Shown piece after piece: positions 51,101 to 63,339 of a stretch of DNA of 64,000 nt. The stretch spans positions 101,992,001-102,056,000 of the forward strand of contig NC_087472.1 of the NCBI RefSeq assembly GCF_036321535.1, in the 5' to 3' direction. Position 1 is the stretch's first letter, and each line of letters opens with the position of its first letter. Below the pieces are notes generated by a model. The model was not told the origin of the DNA. It worked only from the letters and a program-made list of their open reading frames with translations, and searched no databases. The DNA comes from Camelus dromedarius. Its lineage: Eukaryota. The position numbers and the translations under genes were made by a program.

Positions 51101-53964
51101 GGCCTCAGCGCAGCACAGCACGGGATCGGGGCCGGCTGCCTGCAGGGTGGGCCAACTTGTAAACACCTCTTGTCCCCTAATGCAGACACGAACTCCAGAG
51201 CAGCACTGTAGGGCCGAGTCGGTTACCTCCCTAGGCTTTGCTGGCTGCAGCGCCCTTGCTGGGCCTCCTTTCCTCCCCAGCTCCACTGCCCACTCCCCTC
51301 CTGGTCTCTAAATACAGTCCTGTCCCATGAAGCCTCAGGTCAGCATTTGCTTTCAGAGAACCCATCCTAAGATAAAAGGAAGTGTGACTGGGTGAGGCCA
51401 CATTTCCCACTGGCTTGATTGTGATGAGGTGCACGCAGGGTGTGCAGACTGCTTAAAGCCTCCAGCCTTTGTTCACACCCCCTGGTGACAGGCACCTGGG
51501 CCAAACCAGCTCCTTCTCCAGGCCAAAGCCATAGTATGACAGGGCCTGGCTCTCCTCGCCAACTGCCCCGTTTCTCCCTTGTCTTGGCCAGGTATTATGA
51601 GCCCAAACTTTCTGGGCAAGGCCTTCTCTGCTAAACTGCTAACAGGTCTCCTGAAAGTAGCTTCCTAGGTCAACTTGGCTTGGGCTGGCCCTAGTGATCC
51701 CAAAAACTGTCAGGAAGATGGCACACAGGTTTGAGTGCTGACCAATAGGAAAGGGTGTGGGAGCACTCTCTCCGCGGAGGGCAGACAGCCAGAGAACTCT
51801 CACTTCACCTGGATCCTCTCCTTGCCATGCTTGTTCTGAAGGAAATTCTGAGAGCCGTCCTTGACCACAGAGGATCAGGAAAACACTAAGGGCACATTTC
51901 TAGTTTTAATGGAGTGCCTCTAAATCATCTGTCTTGGCAGCACAGATCCTGCTGACTTGGGATGTCAGAACCGGCAGGTGTGAAAAATCCCCACCGTCCA
52001 TCACTGTACAACTCATCTTCTCCCTGGGGTCTGAAGCTAGCAGAGCTGAGGAAAAAGAAAACACATCGAGGAGACGACACTGCAGGAAAAACAGCCAGGG
52101 CTTTCAGATTCAGAGACACCCACATTCATCATTAGCCAAATGAAGAGTTAAGCCAAAGGTCAGCAACCTCCATTACCGGCTCCCTCCTTTCAAGGGCTGG
52201 CAGAAGGCGGCCCAGATAGCTGGCGAGAGGCCCACGGTTTCTGGTCCAGGTGCCTCATGAAGACCTTCAGCCAAGCCGTGGCCAGGAACCCTTGATGCTC
52301 CCTCCCTGATCTATGCATCCTGGGCAGAAATGGGGTAAAAGTACTTGTCCATCAGAGGAGAGCTGACATGAAGCACATGACGGGGTTCTGGAGAGGGCAT
52401 GGGGAGAGTCAGGAAGGGAGAAGTCTCAGAGATGGAGAGACCTCTGGGGCATACGGCTTTATTCAGGATGGTGATATAGTTCCTAAAACCATTTCCCGTC
52501 TTCACTGGCACACGGCTAGATAGATTCCTTTTCCAAACCTCCCTTGCATCAGGCGCTGACACGTGACTGAATGCTGGCTAACAGAATGCAGACAAAAATG
52601 TGGTCTCCTTGTCCTCGCCTGGGCCAGAGAACCTCCCACAGGGTCTCCCACAGTCCCTTCCCCCACCTACCTTCCCGAGGCAGACAATTTAGCCGGCAGC
52701 AGCAAAGCCAGAGGGCCGGGATGAGCTGCAGGTGGAAGGAATCTGGGCCCCTGCCTGACCGCGTGGAGCCCAACCCCCAGCCCCGCACGGCCAGCTGGGC
52801 TTCATGTGAGCCAGAAAGCAACATCAACGGTGTTCAGCGCCTGAGATTTCAGGGTTTCTCTGTTGTAGCAGCTGACATGACCTAAATTAATTCAGCAGAG
52901 AAGCTGAGCCATGGCAGAAGCAGCCTCCAATGTCTCCCACTTGGGCGAAGGATAGGCTCTGCCGACAATAAACCTCATGAGAAACAACCAACAAACCAAA
53001 AACCAGCCACCAGGATCAGAAAGTTCCCTTCCCAGTCTGACAAGCAAGTGGACAAAAAACAAGGCAACGCAGGCTGACCAGCCAAGATATGAAGGAGGCT
53101 TTGTCACCGGCTAGCTGTGTGACCAGGCCGTTGCACCTCTAAGCCTCCATTTCCTCACCTGTAAGCTAGAGAGAACCACATCTCATTCTTGTGGTTGTTG
53201 TCACGCTCAGATTCAATGAAACTGAATCACACAGGGCCCACCTGAAATATGTTTTCCATTCTCTCCCTTATCTTTCTCTGGAAACTTCTCCACACTACCA
53301 TTTTCCCCCATCATCACTAGGAGAGTCTAACCTCAGTGAGACCACAGAAACACATACCTCTTACAATTTATCAGGTGCAGGAGAAAGACGGCCTGGTGTG
53401 GGCCTCCTCCATCAGGCGCGGACAACTGGACCCAAGCTTTCATTCCACTGATGGATCACGTTCATTTTGAGCTGTGTTAGACTGCTCCGAGAAGTTCGTC
53501 CCCAGCCCTGAAAGCGAGCGGGAGGGCTGGCCTGGCCCCAAGACACCTCAGCAAATCTGCTCCCCAGCTCCCATGGCGGGCAGCCAGGCGTCAGGCCCCT
53601 CAGCCTCAGTCGTGCAGCTGTGACTGACAGGCAGCAGAGAGCTCGGATGTGACGGTCTGCTTCAGCTTCTAGAAAAACAGCAGCAGCAGCAGCAGGCTCC
53701 ACTGGAAAACAGCCCGGCCAGCACGGCTGATGCTGACGACCCGCTGCCCGGGGACCCCCACCGGAGGATAAAACAGCAGGTAATTGATGGCTTCCCAAAC
53801 TAACTTAGCAGACTGAGTTGACTCTGGAGTTTAAGACAGAGGTTTGAGTCCAGCCTGACCCTTGTGGGCCACTTCCTGACAGCTCACAGCAGAGAGAGAG
53901 CAAGAGCTGCCTGTTGCTTCCTAGGCTGCAGACAGAAATAACCCCCGGCAAGCGCTGGCGGCCC

Positions 53965-54144
53965 TCGCCGTGGGTCTCGGCCGAGGCTGCACAGTGGCAT
54001 CACCTGGGAGCTTTAAAACCGCCCGCTGCCCTGGCCACGGCCCGGACTGATGACGTCAGCCGCCGCAGGGCCGGGCCGGGCCGCTGGAGTTCTGAAAGCT
54101 CCACAGGTGACTCCAATGCTTGGCCAAGGGTGCGCATCACTGGG
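53965..54144. mobile_element. MER5 (MER5A1/B-like) MITE, unusually CpG-rich, containing a CRE
   Basis: ggctgcacagtggcatcacctgggagctttaaaa...aaagctccacaggtgactccaatg...ccaagggtgcgcatcactg; TGACGTCA at 54051-54058. Confidence 0.7.
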
Positions 54145-54190
54145 CTTCAGCTGCCTCATTCTCATCCAGGCATTAACTCCCTTGATGTAG

Positions 54191-54425
54191 GGCTGTTGTA
54201 TATAGTGCTGCTATGAACATTGGGGTGCATGTATCTTTTCAAATTAGAGTTTCCTCCAGATATATGCTAAGGAGGGAGATTGCTGGATCATTTGCTAAGT
54301 CTATCTTAAGTTTTTTAAGGAACCTCCATACTGTTTTCCATAGTGGCTGTACCAAACTACATTCCCACCAACAGTGTAACAGGGTTCCCTTTCTCCACAC
54401 CTTCTCCAGCATTTATTGTTTGTAG
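54191..54425 (-). mobile_element. Tailless internal L1 ORF2 C-terminal fragment
   Basis: tagtgctgctatgaacattggggtgcatgtatcttttcaaatt...cccaccaacagtgt...ctccagcatttattgtttgtag. Confidence 0.9.
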
Positions 54426-54740
54426 CACTTTACAAGTATTAACTTGGCTAAGCTCACTAAAATAGCCTCCTGTACCTCCCTATGCCCCTGCAGGGAATTG
54501 CCCTGGGGAGTGATTTAGCAACCCTAGCAATTGCCTTTAAAATGTGTGAACTTTTTGACCAAGCAGATTCTTATAAGTTATGAAAAGGAAATAATTAAGG
54601 GTGTCTTTGAAAACATTTAGCCACAAGGTTTATAAACCATATAAAAACCATCATTGCAGTTTTTATAATGACAAGAAATGGAAACGCTAATGTCCGAATA
54701 TAAGGGATTTGTTAAATAAATGACAGCACATCAAAAAAAA

Positions 54741-55133
54741 CTGAAGTGGCCTGGCTCAGTTTTCAGTGGTGTGTGGCATGCCCTTCCATGTTACCTGACT
54801 CTGATTCTATGGGAGCTATTTCATAAGTCTTTAAATTGTATAACTGATAGCAATGTGAACTAGCTCTTGCTTAGAGACAGGCAAATCCGGACCCTATAGG
54901 CGTTCAAGTGACTTCCCTCCCCCACTGTGGAAGAGGCTGGTTTTGCCTCTACTTGCACATTCATGCCAATATTCTTCATCTATTAATGTGTCTGTTTCTT
55001 AGATTTTCTTTTGAACTGGCTATACCATCTGCCTGGTTCCCTCACTGATTAATGAGTTAAATAAAATCTTTAACCAGGGTAAAATAAAATACAATTTAAT
55101 TTCAAAATACATTTTAAATAAAATAAAATAAAA
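54741..55133 (+). pseudogene. Candidate 5'-truncated retrocopy (mRNA 3'UTR-like), parent unknown
   Basis: Sequence I cannot match to a repeat interrupts an old L1M; AATAAA at 55060, then an A-rich tail 55081-55133. Confidence 0.4.
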
Positions 55134-55135
55134 GC

Positions 55136-55726
55136 TGCATGGCAAACAGATTCTGGGGTGGTTTCATGTTCACACCCTGCATAATCCCCTCCCCTTGAGT
55201 GTAGGCAGGACCTGCAAGTTGCTTCTAACTAGTAGAACATGGCAAAGGTGATGAGATGTTACTCCTGTGGTTAGACTATAATAGAGATAGCGATGTGATG
55301 TCCGTAGAGACCTAGACAGAATACTGATCTTTCCAGCACACACTAGAGAGACTCTCTTGCTAGCCTGGAAGGAAAAACTGCCTACAGAGAGAGCCACGTG
55401 GCAGGGAACTAGGCAGCCTCTAGCACCCGAGGGCAACCTCTAGCCAACACTGCAAAAGAAGCCAGGCCCTCAGACATACAGCCTCAAGAGAATGAATTCT
55501 GCAACCAACCTGAATGAGCTCGCATGTGGATTCTTCCCTCATCAAGCCTCCAGATGGGACTGCAGCCTGGCCTATACCATGATTGTAGCCTCGGGGGACC
55601 CCAAGCAGAGGCTCAAGCTAAGCCAGGCCTGGACTCTTGACCCATAGAAACTGTGAGATAATAAATTGTGTTGTTTTAAGCCACTGAATTTGTAGTAATT
55701 TGTTACACTGAAATAGAAACTAACAG
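55136..55726 (+). mobile_element. MaLR LTR (MLT1D/E-like)
   Basis: ataatcccctccccttgagtgtaggcaggacctg...gaaactgtgagataataaattgtgttgttttaagccactgaatttg. Confidence 0.88.
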
Positions 55727-57984
55727 AGGTATCATGGAAGAATCTTCTTTTATGTGAGACATTTACAAAATATGAGTAAATTATAAACTCAGACTATAAA
55801 GCAATATGATCAGACACACACACACACAGTCTAGAAAGTGAATATAGTAGAACTTGGGGTGACTTTTATTTCCTTCTTTTCGATTCTTTCTTCTAAAATT
55901 ACTTGTATTATTAACATAACACTAGAAAACATTGAAAATAAAATACTGAATAAAATATTCAAGTGTTAACAGTGGTTATATCAGAGTGGTGAAATTGGGG
56001 TTGAATTTTATACTCCAGAATTCTAAAAGTTATGTTAATTTTTCTACTTTGAAGAGCTGATACTTACTGATGTAACAAAATAAATAAATAACTCCTAATT
56101 ATTTTTTTCAATTCTTGAAAAAAAATTCCACCATCATTGCTCCCAGATTGAAGTAAGAGGGAAAAACGAGACATGTCGGGTCTGTCTGCTGCGCATAGAG
56201 ATCCGGGACAACCTGGCGCTAACCGCACAAATTCCAGTACCATGTGTTGGATTCCAAGGCTGACCACCCAACTGTATTTTCTGAAGTTTGGCCAATTATT
56301 TAGCCTCATTTATAAAAGGGGAAAATAATAATATGTACCTCATCGGGTAAGGACATCATGGAGATTCAGTAAGATAGTATATATAATTTATTTTGAAATG
56401 AGCCTGGTATAAAATAGGTGCTCAATAAATTTTGCTTAGTGTTCCCATCGTCATCAATATCATTGTTATTAACCAACCTCCCACTGAAGAGGTGGTCAAT
56501 AATTCATTCCTGGTATTGGTCTTAGGTGCAGCTTTTAAAACAAGTGTAAGAGAAAAACAGACGAATTATAATTATGGCATATTAGTTCAGATAGTCAAAG
56601 GAATATCACATCTCTTGAAAGACCTAAAGTGGATGCCATGCTGTGAGATGCTGAAGACACATCTCTTAAACAGAGGCTCTTAAACAGAATTAGTATTATG
56701 CCTCTGCTGGGTGACCTGGGGTGGTTGGAACTGGCCCTTTAAGAATCTAAGTCAAGCTGGTTTGAGGTTTATTGTATGCTATAATAAACTGGTTAGTTAT
56801 GGTGTGAGGTGAGCCAGGTCCAGGTCAAAGCTCTCTCTCAACATTCCAAGGGCCTCTGGGAGCTGGGTGGGAGGTGGAAGCACTCCAAGGCCACCATGAA
56901 GCACAGCCGAAGAGCTACAGCTGCCCTTGGGATAGTGTCAAAATCTGGGCTTGGTTGGGGCAGGCCAGGCCAAGGAGACTTGACAAACAGGCTGGAGTAG
57001 GGGAGGAGCCAACATCAGGGGACCTAGATGCCGGGTGTCTGGTTGTGTGACCACAGGCAACAGGCAAATGGCCAGCCAGACAAGCAGATGGAGTCAGGGA
57101 TGTCCTACCAAGTTTTCATTGCCTGGGACAGACCTGGCCTCGGGAGTCTGGCAGAGAGTGGTGGGCAGAGGCTAGGCCAAGCCATGGATGGTGAAAGGGA
57201 GCCAAGCTACTGGGAGCAGTGCCACAGCTATGAGACGCTCGGGATGGCTTGTGGTCCCACGGAACAATTCTAAGGGATGAGTCTCCCTCAGAAGCATGTG
57301 GCTCCAAAGCACTTTCAAGGGACAGGCATGGGACTACTCCCAGGGTGAACAGAGTAAAAATGAAATTCAACTAAATCTTTCCCAATAAAACTCCTAAAGG
57401 ATCTTCATGTTTCCTCAGGAGGACCTGTCTCCACACTCACAAAGAACTAAGCAGCCAAATGGTGGCGTCTTTTGTTTAGATGAGGAGCTCAGTAGTGCAT
57501 GGAAGGAAGTAGCCATGTATCCCCAGACTCAGAGAAGGAATAGCACCTCTCTGGTGGGTCAAGCTTTATTATTATTGTTGTTGTTATTATCATCATCATC
57601 ATCATCCTTTTAAAAACCCTTCAGATGTGTTTATTTTTGAAAAACTGACCTTTTCAGATTCCAATCCTGAAATGCCAGGATCAGTTTTCTAATTCATAGT
57701 CAAACAGGTGGAAACCAATTTAGGCATGAATATTTTCCTGTGCATGGGGGACTGTCCACAATTTAACTTCCTAGTTTCCTCCCCTGGAAGGAGGTTGTCT
57801 AACTTGAAAGGCTTGTCTACTTTGGTGCTATCCCATTTGCCCTCATGGGCAAAGCTACTTCCAGGTCATTGTCTCCTTAGACCCAAAACACTGCAGAACC
57901 CTGCACTTGGCTGCTAAAGCCAGCATCCCCAAATCACTGCTTTGAGGGGTCCAATACCCTACTCAAAACTCTATGAATGGTACC

Positions 57985-58440
57985 TATAGTAGTCCGGGTG
58001 AGTAGTGCCAGATGCTGTAACAAACAACCCCTAAAAGTTTAATGTGATAAAGTAAAGTAGAACATGATAAAAGCTGATTTCTTGCTCATGCCAAGTCCAC
58101 TCTGCTGAATGGTTTTCCTCTAAGGGGAGGCTCAGGAATCTAGGTTGTATCCATCATGAGGTTCTACCATCCTGTGTGTTCAAGGTTGAGCTGTATCATC
58201 CAGCTGCCAGAAGGGGCAGAGAGGGAGCATAGAGGATCCCATACTTCATATCTAGTCATCTCAGCCAGGAGGTAACACGCACCCCTGCCACTCACATCTC
58301 ATTGGAGAGAACTAGTCATGTGTGAAGAGAGCTGGGAAAACATAGTTCCTGGCTGGGCAGTCTGTTTCCAGCAACAACTCTACACTACACAATGGGGAAC
58401 CCAAATGGTTGGTCATCAGCCAACCATCTATTCCACAGCA
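57985..58440 (-). mobile_element. MaLR LTR (MLT1 family)
   Basis: tgctgtaacaaacaacccc...ctcacatctcattggagagaactagtcatg...ggctgggcagtctgtttccagcaacaactctacac. Confidence 0.7.
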
Positions 58441-58569
58441 CCTTTTTGCCCACTGAATTACTTTCAAACTATTTAGGATGGTATTCAAAGCCTACCCCAA
58501 TTTATCCCCAATTCAAGTCATGAAGACCATCTTCCAGCCAATCAGGATGACCTAGTTTTCCCCCAGATA

Positions 58570-59330
58570 TATCAGTTAGCTTTTGTTGCATAGCAAACAT
58601 TTCAAAACTTAGTGGCTTACAACAACAACCATTTGACATAGAAAACAAACTTATGTTCACCAAAGGGGAAAGGAGGCAGAGTAGGGAAGAATAAATTGGG
58701 CATTTGGGATTAACAGATACATGCTACTATATATAAAAGAGATAAACAACAAGGTCCTACTGTATAGCACAGGGATCTATATTCAATATCTGGCAGTAAC
58801 CTATAATGGAGAAGAATCTGAGAAAGAATAGATATATACATATATGTATAACTGACTGACTTTGCTGTACACCTGAAACTAACACAACATTGTAAATCAC
58901 CTTTACCTCAATTTTTCAAAATACAACAACCAAAATACCCCAACAACGACCATTTATTTAGCTCACAATCCTTCAGACTGGCAACTGGGGTTGAGCTCAG
59001 CTGAGAGATTCTTGTGGTCCAGCTAGGCTCACTCATGTGTCTATGGTCAGCTGCCAGGTTGCCCGGGGCTTTGGGTCTAGAGGGTTCCTCGGCTGAGCCA
59101 GCTTGCCTTTGCTTCCTGTGGTCTCTCATCCTCCAGTAGCCTAGTCCTGGTTTGTAAACACAGCAGTGTTTATAAGACTGAAAGCAGAACTGTGTAGAGC
59201 CAGCTAAAGCGCACGCTCACAACTCACTCACTTCTGCAGTATTTTACTGGACAAAGCCAGTCATAAGGCTAATTCAGATTCAAGGGGTGGAGAAAAGATT
59301 CCACCTCTTGATAGATGGAGCTTAAAACAA
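58570..59330 (-). mobile_element. MLT1 LTR interrupted by an L1 3'UTR
   Basis: tatcagttagcttttgttgcatagcaaac...aacttagtggctt; resumes atttagctcacaat. Confidence 0.8.
58635..58940 (+). mobile_element. L1 3'UTR insertion with 15-bp TSD
   Basis: caacaacaaccattt (58620-58634) / caacaacgaccattt (58941-58955). Confidence 0.9.
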
Positions 59331-59461
59331 CTCCACCAGATATGTACTGTCCTCTCCATCCATGCCTGCCTCATGATGTGCCATCTACCTAAAACCTCCC
59401 CCTCCTCTGTGTCTTTGCCTGAGGACAATTCCAGCTCAATGCCTCCTATTCCACAATGGCT

Positions 59462-59900
59462 TCTGCCTTAGTGGAGGTTCTCCCCAAAACAGCACCTGAG
59501 ACAAGGGCTTGAATACAGATACTGAGTGAAGAAATGTGGGGAGTAAAACAGAGATAGAGGAGAAGCCAATACAAGGGAGCTTTACTGAGCTCACTGCTGT
59601 GGGCATGAGAGCTGATTCCACAGGGATCCTCTCAGCTACGGGCTGCCTCTCAGAACTGTCCATCCTTCAAGGAAGTGGAGCTGGAGCCTTTATCCACCAG
59701 TTCTCATTTTCACTGGTTAAGGATGAGCCCAGAGAGTAGTATCTTGCCTGCACTTTCAGGCTGCTCTTGCATAAGGACTGAGCCAACTCCACGGCACGAG
59801 AGGAAAGACCTGAGGCAGAAAGATCCACATGCAGGCTCGAAGTGGGATGATCCACTATAGCTGTGTCTGAAATCAGAGGCCAGGGACTGTTCTGTGAGGT
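59462..59900 (-). mobile_element. ERVL LTR (LTR33/LTR16-like)
   Basis: ggttctccccaaaacagcacctgagacaagggcttga. Confidence 0.65.
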
Positions 59901-60950
59901 GCCAAGGTGGTTAGGTATAACTTCCCTGATGTCTGATTGGAAGGGTATTTTCCCTGCTTATGGTACCTATTACATACTGTTTTTAGTTGCAGACATTTAT
60001 GTATGTGCATAATCTCCTCTGCTGGACTACAAGCTCCTGGAGGACAGTGGCCACATTGTATAGAACTTTTTAGACCCCTATGTTGGCCCCTAGCACAAAA
60101 CTCTATCCATCTTCTTGGCTTAGTAAAGGCAGAAACTCCTAGATCCAACACTTTGTCATCTTTCACTCAAATACTTCTTCAACAAGTAACTCTAGGTACC
60201 TACAGCGTGCAGTGCTAGAGGGGTTGTAAAAAAGAAACAAACAAAAACAAGCAGAAGACCCATGCTCCCCAATCTTGAGAAGTTCTTAATTGGGTATACA
60301 AACCACGCATAGACACCATAAAGTCTAAGATGCCCAAAACAGAAGTAAGCACGTCTACGGTGGTGCCATGGGAATAATCCTGGGGGGACAGTGGTTACGC
60401 AGGGAAGACTCAGTGGAAGTGCTGTCTTGGTCTGGAGGCCATAATGGAGGCCACGCTGAAGAAGGAGATAATGCAATAAAGGAGGGGCCACCTTCACCAA
60501 ATGGTTCCCTATTTTTACAGTGTCCTTCTGATCATCAATATGATAATGTACACAGAATAGAAGAGTTAGAGGATGCCAAAAAGAACAAAGAATAGAGTTA
60601 GCAATGCTTCGTGATCCTACCACCAAAGGTACCCACTGAAAACATTTTGACAGAGTTCCTTCTCATCTTCTTCCTACATATTTACGCTACACAACTGAGG
60701 TCATCCCTGGTTTATTTAGCATGAGAACTAGAAGAGACAGAGAAAATTGAGTCCAACTTCCTCACTACAGAAATAAGAAACAGGAAGCCCAAAGAAACCA
60801 AGGGACAGGTGAAGGCCCCAGAGCTGAGACCAGAATGACGCTCCCTCTAGTTGCCTCTTCTTCCTCCCCACACAATTGTGAGTACAGACAAGAAACATGT
60901 TTGGGGTGTAAGAGCTCCCAAATCAGTATGTGCTCTCAAAATGTCTGTCT

Positions 60951-61101
60951 AGTGGTAGAGCACATGCTTAGCCTGCACGAGGTCCTGGGTTCAATACCCA
61001 GCACCTCCATTAAATAAATAAATGAATAAATAAATAAATAAGCCTTATTACCTCCCTCCCCCCAATTTTTTTAAAGTTAAAAAAATTGTAAATAAGAAAA
61101 A
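60951..61101 (+). mobile_element. Camelid tRNA-derived SINE (Vic-1-like), slightly 5'-truncated
   Basis: agtggtagagcacatgcttagcctgcacgaggtcctgggttcaatacccagcacctcc + (taaa)n; TSD aaaatgtctgtcta / aaattgtctttcta (12/14). Confidence 0.88.
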
Positions 61102-61248
61102 AAATTGTCTTTCTACATATGTAAACATTGTTGTGGAGAAGAGATCAGGGCTGTCGATGGGGTCACTGAGAGGTTAGGGCAACAACACAAGTGAGAAAGC
61201 ATCCAGCATGCAGCAGGGACCCCAGAAGTGTGGGTGGGGTGGGCATGA

Positions 61249-61352
61249 GGCTGGGTGGACATGTGGCTGAGTGACATGTGGCTGGACTGGATGTGTGGCT
61301 GGAGTGTATGTGTGGCTGGGTGGACATGCGGCTGGAGTGGACAGGTGGCTGA
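61249..61352. repeat. Degenerate 16-17 bp minisatellite (ggctgggtggacatgt), ~6 units
   Basis: Recurrent ggctg...tggacatgt/tggatgtgt units. Confidence 0.75.
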
Positions 61353-63014
61353 GGTGTGGAGAGAGGCAGAGCAGAAGTCTCTGCTCTGTCTTCTCACTCA
61401 TGTCCTCTTGTCCAGGCTCCCAGCACCCTGCTGCCCACACTGGAAGACAAAATCACCAATTTCCCAGCCAGGAAGGTGGCTCTGCCAGGTCCCCTCTGTG
61501 GCTGGGTGGATTCGTTTTTCTATCAACTTTATGGTCCTTTGCAAAGAATGACTACAAGGGCTGCAGATGTTGCAGGCTCCTGTGAGCAGATGTTCAAGCC
61601 TGTAAAAATCTCCAGGAAATTATACCTCAGCCTTTTAAGTCAATGAGCTAAAACCCAACATAACATTCTGGGCTCATTTATTATTTTCCCCACAGTACAG
61701 CAGGCTGTGGATTAGTAGCCGGGAAACAAAGCACTTCCTGGGGAGTAGCCCAGGGTCACTGGAGTCACAGATAAGGCCAACCTCTCCCTGTCTTAGCCGC
61801 TGTGGTTATCTGTCTTCTGGGCTTAACTGACAACACAAACCGTCCGGTATCAGAGGAGAAATATATTCAAGGACTCTGGGGGTGGCAAAGAAAGCAACGC
61901 CTCCCCTACCTCTCTTCCCACAAGCAACTTCCAAACCCTCCACTGCCATTATCCCCCGCACCAGGGGCGAGAGAATCAGAGCGTCCAAAGAGCTTTGGAA
62001 TTATTTAACCTTCTTCCTGTGCTGGAAGCCAGTGTAGTCTTATGGAAAAAAAAAGGATGTAGAATAATCAGGAAGGCTGAAAAGAATTTTAGAAAGAGAG
62101 CATTAGATGAAGTCACAGCTTGCTTGCTCTCTGCCTTTCTTTTGGTAAATGCAAGAACGTCTCTTTTGTTCATGTATGCCTCGGTGTCTAAGCACACTTT
62201 TGTGGGGAGCGACCAGGTTATGTGCACAGAGCAATGCATCGTTTCTTGGAGAATAAGGACGGGGCACAGCATTCTCACCGCCAGGAACAGACAGCGACAT
62301 AGGCTGTTCTCTTTGCTCCCCTCTTTCCACCCAGCCTCGCCTCCCTTCACAGCACCCCCTCCTCCCAAGCTTGGAAGTCAATGAGAGATGAGTAACCATC
62401 TCCCTAGCATGATGTTTCCACGTGAGGCCAGGGCACTGCAAACAGCAGACTTCAAGGAACTTTCAAGAGCTGAGTCTGTTCGAAATACGCTCTGCTCCTC
62501 CCTCAGACAACTGAACAGGGTGCAGACTGGGTCACAACCAGAATCCCGGCAGATGGGAATAGACAGAGTGACACCCCTTGAAACAGAACTGGGGAGAAAA
62601 AGGTACATGAAAATGTTGGGCTCACGTTAAACGCCCAAGGGGAGAACAAGATTCCCAGGCGCCAAGCATGATTTCCAGCCAGCAAACAACCAGGTACTTC
62701 ACTGCAGAGCTCATCCCCAGTGAGGCAGCCAGGATCTGACTCGGTTCTGTTGGTGGCAGTGGCAAAGGACCAGGTGCCCTTAGTTCCTCCAAACTGGTTT
62801 GTCCCTCTCTCACATAAATGTGCAGTTTGTTTTCAAAAGTCACAGCCAAGGGCTTCTCTCACAGTCTGACTGACTCACCAGACCTGTCTTTGGTGGAGTC
62901 AACCAGGGCTGTTTGGTAAGTTTGGTGGTCAGAAGCCAAAGGAGTTCCCATCTGATGGCTTCTCTTTTCTCTATGAAAATGATGACTAGTTTATTTCCTG
63001 CAAATTCAAGGCAG

Positions 63015-63056
63015 GTGTGTGTGTGTGTGTGTGTGTTTGTCTGTGTGTCTGTGTGC
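63015..63056. repeat. (TG)n microsatellite, imperfect
   Basis: TG run with interruptions. Confidence 0.9.
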
Positions 63057-63339
63057 TGGTGGAGGGCTGAGGACATAAAGACTGGTTGTATGACAGTTTG
63101 AGGCCCCAGCTAACTTGGACAACCTGACTTTGTAGGTGCCATTGTCAGATTCTTTGTCCCGTGGGCACAGGTAGAGATTATGAGTCTGAGCACCAGTCTG
63201 ACCCAGGGTGAGGTTCTGTCAGGCGAGTGCAATCAAAGGACAATGAGGCCACAGGGTTGACATTTTCAAGAGAGTGAAGAGGAGGTGGAGGAAAAATCAG
63301 AAAGAAGAATACGTGGGGCTCACGCAAGGCAAGATATAG

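Noticed and set aside
60951..61010. tRNA gene (A/B boxes present)
   Set aside because: Followed by a (taaa)n SINE tail and flanked by a TSD, with a second copy at 46970-47097: a SINE, not a tRNA
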